Source: Candidatus Micrarchaeota archaeon
GTDB lineage: Archaea; Micrarchaeota; Micrarchaeia; Anstonellales; J096
NCBI GenBank assembly: GCA_964467175.1
Contig: CAYXNY010000049.1
Coordinates: forward strand, 1 to 54,749
Reading direction: 5' to 3'
DNA length: 54,749 bases
Shown here piece by piece: positions 18,219 to 27,995 of the stretch. The position numbers and the translations under genes are program-made. The notes beneath the pieces were generated by a model. That model was not told where the DNA came from, searched no databases, and worked only from the letters and a program-made list of their open reading frames with translations. Position 1 is the first letter of the stretch, and every line of letters starts with the position of its first letter.

Positions 18219-19103
18219 ATGGAAACAATTTATACGGTTGGGGATATTGGGCTGAAGCTCTTTAAAAAGGGGAAGGTGAGGGAAACATTCTTTTTTGACG
18301 GAAATCTGCTGATGGTTGCTACGGACCGGATAAGCGCTTTTGATGTTGTTTTTCCGACGCCGATTCCTTACAAGGGAATAGTGCTGAACATGCTCTCGGA
18401 ATTTTGGTTCAAAAAAACAAAAAAAATTGTAAAAAACCATTTCATAACAACAGACATCCCAAAAGGATTGCCTGAATTCTTGAAAAACCGGAGCATGGTT
18501 GTTAAATCCGCAAGGCCTATCGAGTTGGAGTGCGTGGTGCGGGGGTATCTAACGGGCAGTGCATTTAAAGAGTATAAAAAGAACAACGGAATGGTTTGGG
18601 GGTATGAACTTGAGAAAGGGCTGGAGGACGGCGCGAAACTAAAAGAGCCCTTGTTCACGCCGGCGATAAAAAAAGTGGACAAGGACATAACCATAAGCGT
18701 GGAGGAAAGCAGGAAAATTTTCGGAGGGGTTGTTGAAGAGCTGCAGGAATATTCGCTCAAACTTTATGAATTTGCAAATAGATACGCGCTTAAAAAAGGC
18801 CTCGTCCTCGCTGATACAAAGTTTGAATTCGGTTATGACGGCAAGGGTATAATGCAGATAGATGAAGCCTTTACTCCGGACTCGAGCAGGTATTGGCTGA
18901 AAGAAGAGTATGAGAAAGGAAATCTAGAAAGCATGGACAAGCAGTTTTTCAGAAACTATCTTTTGGGGATAGAGTGGGATAGAAGCAGTCCGCCGGAAAT
19001 TCCGAAGGAAATTGCGGAAAAAACAAAGGAGAGGTATTTGAAGCTTTATGAAATGATCACGGGGAAAAATCTGCAAAAGGAAATAAAAAATAAAATAAAT
19101 TAA
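18219..19103 (+). CDS. purC: SAICAR synthetase
   Basis: GKVRE, ATDRISAFD, ECVVRGYLTGS, LADTKFEFG, TPDSSRYW, DKQFFR. Confidence 0.97.
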   Translation: METIYTVGDIGLKLFKKGKVRETFFFDGNLLMVATDRISAFDVVFPTPIPYKGIVLNMLSEFWFKKTKKIVKNHFITTDIPKGLPEFLKNRSMVVKSARPIELECVVRGYLTGSAFKEYKKNNGMVWGYELEKGLEDGAKLKEPLFTPAIKKVDKDITISVEESRKIFGGVVEELQEYSLKLYEFANRYALKKGLVLADTKFEFGYDGKGIMQIDEAFTPDSSRYWLKEEYEKGNLESMDKQFFRNYLLGIEWDRSSPPEIPKEIAEKTKERYLKLYEMITGKNLQKEIKNKIN

Positions 19104-19122
19104 ATTAAAATACTATAAAATA

Positions 19123-19656
19123 TTACGACGCTCGTTGTTTTCTCCTGCCCTTTGCAAGAGGCCTTGAGCTTTTGCCAGCGCTCGTTAGTCCTCTGTATGC
19201 CCTTCCTCTCTGCGAAACCATTTTCTGGGTCGAATGGTCAAATTTCATGCTCCTGTCTGCAAGTATAACTTCGAAAAAAGTGCTCTGGCCGTCCTCGCCT
19301 ACCCAGTAGCTGTTCAGGACTTCGCAGTTTCTGTATTTTCTGTTCGCCCTCTGCTCTGCGATCGCCTGATGGCTGAGGGATGTTTGGGTGTAGCGGTAGT
19401 TGTGCTTCGGCTTTCTTCCAGCATGGGGCTGTCTTCTTTTTCTCAGACCCTTGTCAATTCTTACCCGCACAACAATTATTCCCTTTTTTGCTTTGTAGCC
19501 CAAACCCCTTGCTGCGGAGATGTTTGTTGGCTTCTCAACGCGCACTATAGAAGGTCCCTTCCTCCAAGAGATAAGCTTCTGCCTGTAAATTGGATTGGCC
19601 GTGCCCTCCCTGTACTCTTTTTCAAATGTTTTCCTTATATACTTGTATGCTCCCAT
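19123..19656 (-). CDS. rpl15e: 50S ribosomal protein eL15
   Basis: MGAYKY, ARGLGYKAKKG, EVLNSYWVGEDG, GRAYRGLTSAG. Confidence 0.97.
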   Translation of the reverse strand: MGAYKYIRKTFEKEYREGTANPIYRQKLISWRKGPSIVRVEKPTNISAARGLGYKAKKGIIVVRVRIDKGLRKRRQPHAGRKPKHNYRYTQTSLSHQAIAEQRANRKYRNCEVLNSYWVGEDGQSTFFEVILADRSMKFDHSTQKMVSQRGRAYRGLTSAGKSSRPLAKGRRKQRAS

Positions 19657-19740
19657 AAAAATCATCCGTGCTTTCGTTTTGAGAGAACAAATATTTAAAA
19701 AACCTTTCTTACTTTCTTTATTTCTCTTTTCGTGATGCAT

Positions 19741-20067
19741 ATGGGAGAAGAAAAAAGCTTTTCAGAAGTTATGAAAGAGTTGAAAGAAGCCGAAGAAAAG
19801 GCTGATGCCATTCTTGAAGAAGCAAACAAAAAAACCGAGGAAATTTTGAAAAGGGCTGTTGAAAGCATGGGCGGAGTAGAGATGAAATACAAGGAGAGGA
19901 TAGCTGCGAAAAAAGCGAAAAAGCTGGAATCGGCGAGGGCAGAGCTTAATAAGGAGGTTGAAGAAATACTAAAGAAAGCCGAAAGGAAGGCGAGTGAAAT
20001 AAGGAAAACGAATGTGGGCGAAAAAATTGTGGACGGGTGCCTGAAAGTTCTTACAAGCGTAAGCTGA
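19741..20067 (+). CDS. atpH: A-type ATP synthase peripheral stalk subunit H/G
   Basis: Charged coiled coil (LKEAEEKADAILEEA); first gene of the operon. Confidence 0.8.
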   Translation: MGEEKSFSEVMKELKEAEEKADAILEEANKKTEEILKRAVESMGGVEMKYKERIAAKKAKKLESARAELNKEVEEILKKAERKASEIRKTNVGEKIVDGCLKVLTSVS

Positions 20068-20076
20068 GGGGGAAGG

Positions 20077-21936
20077 ATGTTCAAACCAGTAAAAATGCAG
20101 AAGATTAGAATTTTTACAACCTCGAATGCAATCGAGAGGCTGGTTGGGGAACTGCACGAAATGGGGGCAATGGAAATAGAGCAGGTGGAGTACCCGGAGC
20201 TTAAAACCCGCAGGCCCCTAGAAACGCATGCTGTTATTTCCGAGGCCCTCGTAAAGATAAGGGCGATGGAGGCGATGCTTCCAAAAAAATACATCCCTGG
20301 AAAAACCGTCGGCTACAGGGAAGCAATAAAAATGCTTGAAAAGCTTTCGCCGGTTTATGATGAGCTTGCAAAAATGAAAAGCGAGCTCGGGGAGCTGGAA
20401 AAGAGAGAGGAGCTCCTTGAAGAGAAGGAGCATGAGCTTAAGCCATTTTTGAGAGCTGGATTTGAAACAAAAGACCTTCCGCACTCCCTTGATTTTTTCC
20501 TGTTCGCGCTGGATGAAAAAACCGCAAAAAAGTATCTCAAAAAAATGCTGGGCGAGCTGAAAGAATCCTTAGAGAATATAATCGTTGAAACCAAAAAAAG
20601 CGGCCCGAATGTGGTGGGAATAATCGGTGTAGAAAAGGGAGGGTCGCCGGCGATGATTCTCGGAAAATACGGGGTTGGCGTTTACGATGTCCCAAAAATA
20701 GGGATGGAAGAGGAAGGCAGGAGAGTAAGGAGGGAGATTGAGGGAATAAAGGAAAGAAAAACAGAGATAGAAAAAGAGCTCAATAAAATCGCTGCCGAGC
20801 ACTATGATGAGATAGTTACGGCAAAAGAAAGCCTAAAGATTGCTGCTGACAGAGCGGAGATTGCTGCAAGGTTCGGTTTCTCAAAAAAGATCGCTGTGAT
20901 TGAAGGATGGATTGTTGCAAGCAGGTTTGGCGAAATGGAAAAAAAGCTCACCGCCCTATTCGGGGATAGAATATATATAGAAAAAATAGAAGGAAAAAAT
21001 CCGCCGACAGTTCTCGAAAACCCAGAGGTTGTGAAGCCGTTTGAATTCCTTGTGAAATTCTACTCCCTTCCAAAAGGAAATGAGTTTGACCCTTCCATAA
21101 TATTTGCCTTTACAATACCTCTTATTTACGGGATGATAATCGGGGATGTTGGATACTCGCTGGGTTCGATTTTGTTTGCAGGATGGCTTATGAAAAAATG
21201 GCCATCCGGGCCTGTGTACTGGTTTTCAAAAATATGGCAGTTTTCGGCGATAGGGGGGGTAATATGGGGGGTTATATTCGATGAATGGTTTGGAGCAAGC
21301 CATGCATTCTGGCTTGGGCTGGCAGAACCGCTTTATCATGGGTTTCATAGGATGGCGCTCCTTCCATATGTGGTTGTAGCTTCTGTATTGATTGGAATAT
21401 TCCATCTAACAATTGGTTTTGTGCTCGGGGCGATGAAAGAATGGCACCACAGCAAAAAGCATGCGCTTGGAAAAATAAGCTGGGTTCTTACCATGTACGG
21501 CGGGCTGTTTGCGATTACAACGTATCTCTTCCCGCTCCTTCCGCAGTTTTTTGGAGAGATGGGGCTAGCGATGCTTGCGTTGGGGGTTGCAACAACCGCT
21601 GCAGCTGAAGGAGTCGCCGGCCTATTTGAGATCCCAGGCGTTCTTGGAAACATACTCAGCTACGCAAGGATTGCGGCTGTTGGGGTCGCGGGAGTGGTGC
21701 TTGCGGAACTGATAAATGAATTTTTCGTTCCTTCATGGGAAGCAGGATTGCTGAATATAATAATCGTGCCCTTCTTTATAGGCCTGCACTTTGCAAACGC
21801 AGTGCTCGCGATGTTTGAAAGCTTGGTGCAGGGCGGAAGGCTGAACCTGGTTGAGTTCAGCTCAAAGTTCTTTGAGGGTGGGGGGAGGGCATTTAAGCCT
21901 TTCGCATTAGTTTATGCTCAAAAAAACAAAAAATGA
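20077..21936 (+). CDS. atpI: A-type ATP synthase subunit I (a)
   Basis: PVKMQK, PPTVLEN, GMIIGDVGY, NILSYARI, RLNLVEF..KFFEGGG..FKPF. Confidence 0.96.
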   Translation: MFKPVKMQKIRIFTTSNAIERLVGELHEMGAMEIEQVEYPELKTRRPLETHAVISEALVKIRAMEAMLPKKYIPGKTVGYREAIKMLEKLSPVYDELAKMKSELGELEKREELLEEKEHELKPFLRAGFETKDLPHSLDFFLFALDEKTAKKYLKKMLGELKESLENIIVETKKSGPNVVGIIGVEKGGSPAMILGKYGVGVYDVPKIGMEEEGRRVRREIEGIKERKTEIEKELNKIAAEHYDEIVTAKESLKIAADRAEIAARFGFSKKIAVIEGWIVASRFGEMEKKLTALFGDRIYIEKIEGKNPPTVLENPEVVKPFEFLVKFYSLPKGNEFDPSIIFAFTIPLIYGMIIGDVGYSLGSILFAGWLMKKWPSGPVYWFSKIWQFSAIGGVIWGVIFDEWFGASHAFWLGLAEPLYHGFHRMALLPYVVVASVLIGIFHLTIGFVLGAMKEWHHSKKHALGKISWVLTMYGGLFAITTYLFPLLPQFFGEMGLAMLALGVATTAAAEGVAGLFEIPGVLGNILSYARIAAVGVAGVVLAELINEFFVPSWEAGLLNIIIVPFFIGLHFANAVLAMFESLVQGGRLNLVEFSSKFFEGGGRAFKPFALVYAQKNKK

Positions 21937-21947
21937 GGTGAGAATGT

Positions 21948-22199
21948 ATGGCGGATGTAGCAACTATGGCAACAGGAATACCGGCGAGCGGGTTGATCGC
22001 AATCGGCGCCGGGTTGGCAATTGGGTTGGGGTGTCTGGCGACAGCATGGAGCCAGGCGAGCATCGGCGCAGCGGCAATGGGAACGATAGCTGAGAGGCCT
22101 GAGTTCAGCGGAAACGTGCTTATTTGGATCGCGCTTCCGGAAACCATGGCTGTTCTGAGCTTTGTGATTGCAATAATGATGGTGCTGAACATAGGTTAA
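21948..22199 (+). CDS. atpK: A-type ATP synthase subunit K (c)
   Basis: Single hairpin; AWSQASIGAAAMG.IAERPE, ALPET. Confidence 0.95.
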   Translation: MADVATMATGIPASGLIAIGAGLAIGLGCLATAWSQASIGAAAMGTIAERPEFSGNVLIWIALPETMAVLSFVIAIMMVLNIG

Positions 22200-22220
22200 G
22201 TGGAGCAACCGGTGAATTGA

Positions 22221-22790
22221 ATGCCCATAGAAAAACTGGGCTCTTCCCTGCTGGCCGATGCCAGAAAGGAGGCAAATGCCAAAATAAGGAATGCCGAGAA
22301 GCAGGCAGAAGAGCTCCTGTCCCATGCCGAAAAGGAGTGGATGGAAAAAGAAAAGGAAGTGTTAAAACAGGCAGACGAAATGATGAAGGAGGAGAGGAAG
22401 GAAAGGCTTGCGTGGGCAAGGCTTGAGAGCAAAAGAAGGATAGAAGAGGCGAAGGACGAGGTTGTAAAAAAGGTGATGGATGCGCTGGCCAATAAATTTA
22501 AGAAATACAGAAAGAGCGCAGGGTACGGAAGTTTTCTTAAGGGGCTTGTGAAAAAAGCTGGCGAGGAGATGGGAAAAAAGAGCATGGTGCTCCATGTCGC
22601 GCCTGGGGACGGAAAGATCGTGAAGGGGATGGGAAGCGTAAAGGAAGACCTTGACTCGCTCGGCGGCGTTGTTGCGGAAAGCAGGGATGGAAGCGTTAGG
22701 GCGGATTATTCTTTTGAAACTTTGATGGAGATGAAAAAGGAGGAGATAAGGAGGATGGTGTATGAGGGAGTTTTTAGGGGAAGGAAGTAG
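22221..22790 (+). CDS. atpE: A-type ATP synthase subunit E
   Basis: N-terminal coiled coil, GGVVAESRDGSVRADYSFE. Confidence 0.92.
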   Translation: MPIEKLGSSLLADARKEANAKIRNAEKQAEELLSHAEKEWMEKEKEVLKQADEMMKEERKERLAWARLESKRRIEEAKDEVVKKVMDALANKFKKYRKSAGYGSFLKGLVKKAGEEMGKKSMVLHVAPGDGKIVKGMGSVKEDLDSLGGVVAESRDGSVRADYSFETLMEMKKEEIRRMVYEGVFRGRK

Positions 22791-23853
22791 AATATCCTCT
22801 TTAATTGAAACCGCGCTTGCGCCGATAAATAAGCCGCTCAAGTACGGCTATTCAAACGCAAGGGTTTCTGGAATGAAAGGGTATCTCATAAAGCCGGAAT
22901 TCTACGATGAACTCGTGAACGCCAGCACAGTTGACGGGGTTATAGAGCTCCTCCAGAGAACATACTACAAGGAACACCTTGTCTCTCTTTCTATAACTTA
23001 TAAAGGAAGTGAGCTTATAGAACTTGCAAGCGGAAAGCATTTCGGTGAGATAGCAGGGAAGATAAAAAAAGTTTCGCCAAAATCGGATGCAGAAGTAGTC
23101 GAGGTCTTCCTGAAAAGATGGGAGCTGACAAACTACAAAACAGTTTTCTCGGGAAGGATGACAGGAAAGAGCTGGAAGGAGATTGAGCCGTACATAATTC
23201 CGGTCGGAAGGATCGGGGAGTACAGAAAAGTGGGCGAGAGCTCGGATGCCTATAGCGCATTCAAAACAACTTCAATAGGAAAGGAAATCTTCGCGCTTGG
23301 GATGGGAAAGCTTGGAAAGGAGAAAGAAAAAATAGTGTCTGAGGCCGTCAAAAAAGGGGATGTGCTGCTCCAGGTGTTTGTGCTCATGGACCTTTATTAT
23401 TACAGGTATGTTCAGGAGATTGCGTCAAAAATGCTTCCGGCCGAGGCGTACAGCATCCTCCTCTTCCTTAGAAAAGAGATAGATGCAAAAAACATATCCA
23501 CCGTAATGCGTCTTAGGGAAAAGAAAAATGAAAATGTTGTTGAATATCTTGTGCCCGGAGGCACGGTGCGTGCAAACGACCTAGCAGATGCCTACAAAAA
23601 CGACAGAACACTGCTTAGGTTGCTGAGCAGATTTGATCTAAAAGAAATAAACAAGCCTGAACAGGCGGAGATGGATATGGAAAGCTGGCTTGCGAAAAGA
23701 AAATCAATTATATTCCACAAATCCATGCTCAACATAGGAAAGGTCCTGGGCTTTCTGCTATTAAAGGAAGAGGAGGCGAACAACCTGAGGAAGATAGCGA
23801 GAGCGCATGAGTTCGGGCTGACGAAAGAAGAAATAAGGAAGATGGTGGTGTAG
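22762..23853 (+). CDS. atpC: A-type ATP synthase subunit C (start uncertain)
   Basis: YGYSNARV.GMK, EIDAKNI, KEEEANNLRKIA. Confidence 0.9.
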   Translation: MREFLGEGSRISSLIETALAPINKPLKYGYSNARVSGMKGYLIKPEFYDELVNASTVDGVIELLQRTYYKEHLVSLSITYKGSELIELASGKHFGEIAGKIKKVSPKSDAEVVEVFLKRWELTNYKTVFSGRMTGKSWKEIEPYIIPVGRIGEYRKVGESSDAYSAFKTTSIGKEIFALGMGKLGKEKEKIVSEAVKKGDVLLQVFVLMDLYYYRYVQEIASKMLPAEAYSILLFLRKEIDAKNISTVMRLREKKNENVVEYLVPGGTVRANDLADAYKNDRTLLRLLSRFDLKEINKPEQAEMDMESWLAKRKSIIFHKSMLNIGKVLGFLLLKEEEANNLRKIARAHEFGLTKEEIRKMVV

Positions 23854-24170
23854 TGCAAAAGATAGTTGTGTATGGACATGGGCCGACTGTGCTCGGGTTT
23901 AGGTTGATGGGCATAGAAGGTGAAGTGGTGGAGCAAGCGAAGGAGATTGAAAAAAAAATTGAAGACGCGATTTCAAACGGGAACATAGGAATAGTGCTTG
24001 TGGAGCAAAGCTTGTTTAATAAAGTAGATTGGAGGCTGAAAAAAAGGATAGAAAACATAGCCTCGCCGGTAATACTGCCGGTAGCCGGCACAGGAGCCGA
24101 GGAAAAAGAGAAGGAATCGCTCGATGTGCTCATCAAAAGAGCTCTTGGTTTTGAGCTGAAGAAAAAATAA
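23853..24170 (+). CDS. atpF: A-type ATP synthase subunit F
   Basis: KIVVYG..TVLGFRLMGI, IKRALGFEL. Confidence 0.93.
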   Translation: MQKIVVYGHGPTVLGFRLMGIEGEVVEQAKEIEKKIEDAISNGNIGIVLVEQSLFNKVDWRLKKRIENIASPVILPVAGTGAEEKEKESLDVLIKRALGFELKKK

Positions 24171-24185
24171 CTATGAGGTGAAAGG

Positions 24186-25949
24186 ATGGCAAAGGGAAAA
24201 CTTGTTAAAATAAGCGGTCCGGTCGTTGTCGCGAGGGGCATAGACTCAAAACTGTATGATGTGGTTAAGGTTGGGGAGGAGAAGCTTATCGGGGAAGTGA
24301 TCAAGATTGTTGGAGATGACTATGTTGTGCAGGTGTATGAAGACACATCCGGGTTGAAGCCGGGCGAGCCGGTTGAGGGGACGGGCATGCCCCTGAGCGT
24401 TGAGCTCGGTCCCGGGCTGCTGAAAAGCATATACGACGGAATACAGAGGCCTCTTGCGCTAATTGCAGAAGAAACAGGAACATATATAAAGAGGGGGGTT
24501 TCTGTTCCTCCTCTTGACAAGAAAAAGAAGTGGAAGTTTGAGCCAAAAGCAAAGAAGGGCGATAGGGTTTCTGTTGGAGACATCCTTGGAACAGTGAAAG
24601 AAAGCGAACTTATAGAGCACCGGATTCTCTCACAATTCGACGGAGTTGTTAGGGAAATAAGGGCAGGGGAGTACAGGCTAGAAGACCCTGTGGGAAGCAT
24701 AGAACACATGGGAAAAAAGAGAGATGTTTTTATTTATCATAAGTGGCCGGTTAGGAAGCCGAGGGGGTATAGGGAAAAATACCCTCCGGAGATTCCCCTG
24801 CTGACCGGGATGAGGATAGTGGATACTTTTTCGCCGATTGCAAAAGGAGGAACCGCATGCATCCCGGGTCCATTCGGTTCAGGCAAGACGGTAACACAGC
24901 AAAGTTTGGCGAAATGGAGCGACACCGAGATTGTTGTATACATTGGATGCGGAGAAAGGGGAAATGAAATGACCGAGGTGCTTACAGAATTTCCTCACCT
25001 AAAAGACCCGAAGAGCGGAAAGCCGCTCATGGAAAGAACAGTTTTAATCGCCAACACCTCAAACATGCCGGTTGCAGCAAGGGAGGCGAGCATATACACT
25101 GGCGTTACCATTGCCGAATATTACAGGGACATGGGATATAATGTTTCTTTGATGGCTGATTCTACCAGCAGATGGGCAGAGGCAATGAGGGAGATCGGAG
25201 GAAGGCTGGAGGAGATGCCGGGCGAAGAGGGATATCCTGCCTACCTCGCGAGAAGGCTCGCAGAGTTTTACGAAAGGTCTGGGAGGGTGAAAACGCTCGG
25301 AAGCGATGAGAGATACGGAAGCGTCACGATAATAGGGGCTGTTTCCCCGCCGGGAGGGGACATCTCAGAACCGGTAAGCCAGAACACCCTGCGCGTAACG
25401 AAAGTGTTCCTTGCGCTGGACGCATCGCTTGCTCACAGAAGGCATTTCCCGGCTTTGCACTGGCTGAGGAGCTATTCCCTTTATACTGAAAGATTGGATG
25501 AGTGGTACGCGAAAAATGTCGCAGAGGACTGGGCGTTTCTGAGAGATGAGGCAATGGCACTGCTGCAAAAAGAAGCTGAGCTTGAGGAGGTTGTGCAGCT
25601 CGTAGGCCCAGACGCCCTTCCCGAAAAGGAACAGGCGATTCTTACAGTAACGAAAATGCTCAGAGAGGATTATCTACAGCAGAACGCCTACCATGAAGTG
25701 GACATGTACTGCAGCTTGAAGAAGCAGTACGCGATGCTGAAAAACATAATGCACTTTTACAAGAGAGCGATGGAAGGGATAGAAAAGGGGATGCAGGCGA
25801 AAAGCATAGGAGGAATGAAGGTTGTGGAAAGGATCGCGAGGATGAAGGAGATCCCGGAAAGCAGGATGAATGAGGTCCAGGGGATAATAAAGGAGATTGA
25901 CGCGGAGTTTAACAGCGCTTTAAAAAAGATTGGGTCTTCTGAGGGGTGA
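24186..25949 (+). CDS. atpA: A-type ATP synthase subunit A
   Basis: Walker [29 protein letters not shown]. Confidence 0.98.
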   Translation: MAKGKLVKISGPVVVARGIDSKLYDVVKVGEEKLIGEVIKIVGDDYVVQVYEDTSGLKPGEPVEGTGMPLSVELGPGLLKSIYDGIQRPLALIAEETGTYIKRGVSVPPLDKKKKWKFEPKAKKGDRVSVGDILGTVKESELIEHRILSQFDGVVREIRAGEYRLEDPVGSIEHMGKKRDVFIYHKWPVRKPRGYREKYPPEIPLLTGMRIVDTFSPIAKGGTACIPGPFGSGKTVTQQSLAKWSDTEIVVYIGCGERGNEMTEVLTEFPHLKDPKSGKPLMERTVLIANTSNMPVAAREASIYTGVTIAEYYRDMGYNVSLMADSTSRWAEAMREIGGRLEEMPGEEGYPAYLARRLAEFYERSGRVKTLGSDERYGSVTIIGAVSPPGGDISEPVSQNTLRVTKVFLALDASLAHRRHFPALHWLRSYSLYTERLDEWYAKNVAEDWAFLRDEAMALLQKEAELEEVVQLVGPDALPEKEQAILTVTKMLREDYLQQNAYHEVDMYCSLKKQYAMLKNIMHFYKRAMEGIEKGMQAKSIGGMKVVERIARMKEIPESRMNEVQGIIKEIDAEFNSALKKIGSSEG

Positions 25950-25953
25950 GAAA

Positions 25954-27336
25954 ATGAAAGAATACAAAACAGTTACTCAGATTGCAGGCCCGCTTGTTTT
26001 TGTTGAGAATGTAAGCGGGGTCGGGTATAGTGAAATAGTAGAGATTACGCTGCCGGATGGGGAAAAGAAAAAGGGGCAGGTTCTTGAAATAAGCGAAAAG
26101 GTCGCGGTTGTCCAAATTTTCGGAACAACAACCGGCCTGGATACCAGAAAGACAAGCGTTAAATTTCTCGGAGAAACAATGAAGCTGGGCGTGAGCGATG
26201 AAATGCTGGGAAGGGTTTTCTCAGGACTTGGCGAACCTTTGGACAAAGCTCCAAAGCCGGTTGCAGAGGAGAGAGTGGAGATAATCGGAAACGCGATAAA
26301 TCCGTACTCAAGGGAACCGCCGGCGGAATTCATCCAAACCGGAATATCAACAATAGATGGAATGAACACGCTCGTAAGGGGGCAGAAGCTCCCGATTTTC
26401 TCAGCAGCAGGGCTTCCGCACAACCACCTCGCTGTGCAGATCGCGAGGCAGGCGAAAGTAAGAGGGGAAGGGGAGGAGTTTGCGGTTGTTTTCGCAGCTG
26501 TTGGGATTACGAACGAAGAGGCGAACTTTTTCATGAAGGATTTTGAAAGAACCGGCGCTCTCGAAAGGGCGGTTTTGTTTTTGAACCTGGCGGACGACCC
26601 GAGCGCAGAGAGGCTCATCACTCCGAGGCTTGCGCTAACAACGGCAGAATATTTGGCTTTCGAGAAAGACATGCATGTTCTTGTAATAATTACGGATATG
26701 ACAAACTACTGCGAAGCGCTCAGGGAAATTTCCGCGGCAAGGCAGGAGGTTCCGGGAAGGAGAGGGTACCCGGGGTACATGTACACAGACCTTTCTACGA
26801 TCTATGAGAGGGCTGGGAAGGTGAAGGGAAAAAAGGGTTCTGTAACGCAGTTCCCGATTTTGACAATGCCCGGCGATGATATCACCCATCCGATTCCGGA
26901 TTTGACCGGGTATATTACAGAGGGGCAGATCGTTCTCAGCAGAGACCTGCACAGAAAAGGAATCTACCCGCCGGTTGACCCGCTTCCGAGCTTGAGCAGG
27001 CTGATGAACGCGGGTATAGGCGGAAAGAAAACAAGGGATGACCACAAGGGAGTGAGCGACCAGTTGTATGCAGGATATGCCACCGGAAGGGACTTGAGGG
27101 CTTTGAGCGCGGTTGTGGGTGAAGAGGCGCTGAGCGAAACTGACAGAAAATACTTGAAGTTCGCGGATGCGTTTGAACAGAGGTTCATAAAACAGGATTA
27201 CCATGAGGACAGGACGATTGAGCAGACGCTTGATTTGGGATGGGAGCTGATGGCAACGCTTCCGGAATCTGAGTTGAAGAGGGTGAAGCTTGAGTTCATA
27301 GAAAAATACGGAAAGAGATTTAGGAAGAAAGAGTAA
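25954..27336 (+). CDS. atpB: A-type ATP synthase subunit B
   Basis: [44 protein letters not shown]. Confidence 0.98.
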   Translation: MKEYKTVTQIAGPLVFVENVSGVGYSEIVEITLPDGEKKKGQVLEISEKVAVVQIFGTTTGLDTRKTSVKFLGETMKLGVSDEMLGRVFSGLGEPLDKAPKPVAEERVEIIGNAINPYSREPPAEFIQTGISTIDGMNTLVRGQKLPIFSAAGLPHNHLAVQIARQAKVRGEGEEFAVVFAAVGITNEEANFFMKDFERTGALERAVLFLNLADDPSAERLITPRLALTTAEYLAFEKDMHVLVIITDMTNYCEALREISAARQEVPGRRGYPGYMYTDLSTIYERAGKVKGKKGSVTQFPILTMPGDDITHPIPDLTGYITEGQIVLSRDLHRKGIYPPVDPLPSLSRLMNAGIGGKKTRDDHKGVSDQLYAGYATGRDLRALSAVVGEEALSETDRKYLKFADAFEQRFIKQDYHEDRTIEQTLDLGWELMATLPESELKRVKLEFIEKYGKRFRKKE

Positions 27337-27365
27337 AACAAAAAGGAAATAAAGGGTGCTGAGGG

Positions 27366-27992
27366 ATGGAAGAGAAGCCGAACCCTACAAGGATGGAGCT
27401 GCTCAAGATAAAGGCAAGAATAAAGCTCGCGAGAAAGGGCCACAAGCTCCTAAAGCAGAAAAGGGATGCACTTATAATGGAATTCTTTAAAATACTCGGC
27501 CAGGCGCGGGATTTGAGAGGCCAGCTCAACCAGGAGCTGGAAGAGGGGTACAAATACCTGGCGATGGCTTCCTTTTCCCACAGTATTTTTGATTTGGACA
27601 ACATGGCAAGGATGGTTAAGGCGGACTACGGGCTGGATGTGGAGGAAAGAAATGTAATGGGCGTGAAAATTCCAAAGATAAAAATAGAGATGAAGGAGTT
27701 CAAAAACTATCCGGTATTCATGAGCAGTGCTAAAGTTGACAAATCGGTTGAGCATTTCAGGAATTCGCTGAAATTGGTCCTGCAGTTGGCTGAAACTGAA
27801 ACCGCGATAAAGAGGATAATAAAAGAGATTGAGAAAACAAAGAGGAGGGTGAACGCGCTGGAGTTTGTCGTTCTTCCGAGGTTGGAGGAGCAGGAGCGCG
27901 AAATAAAAATGCGGCTTGAGGAGATGGAAAGAGATATGTTCGTGAGTTTAAAAGTGATCAAGAGAAGGCTGGAGAAGGAAGCGTCTTCCTAG
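27366..27992 (+). CDS. atpD: A-type ATP synthase subunit D
   Basis: NPTRMEL, GHKLLKQKRDAL, EIEKTKRRVNALE. Confidence 0.97.
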   Translation: MEEKPNPTRMELLKIKARIKLARKGHKLLKQKRDALIMEFFKILGQARDLRGQLNQELEEGYKYLAMASFSHSIFDLDNMARMVKADYGLDVEERNVMGVKIPKIKIEMKEFKNYPVFMSSAKVDKSVEHFRNSLKLVLQLAETETAIKRIIKEIEKTKRRVNALEFVVLPRLEEQEREIKMRLEEMERDMFVSLKVIKRRLEKEASS

Positions 27993-27995
27993 GTT

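Noticed and set aside
24186-27336. Inteins in atpA/atpB
   Set aside because: Lengths are normal and conserved motifs are contiguous.
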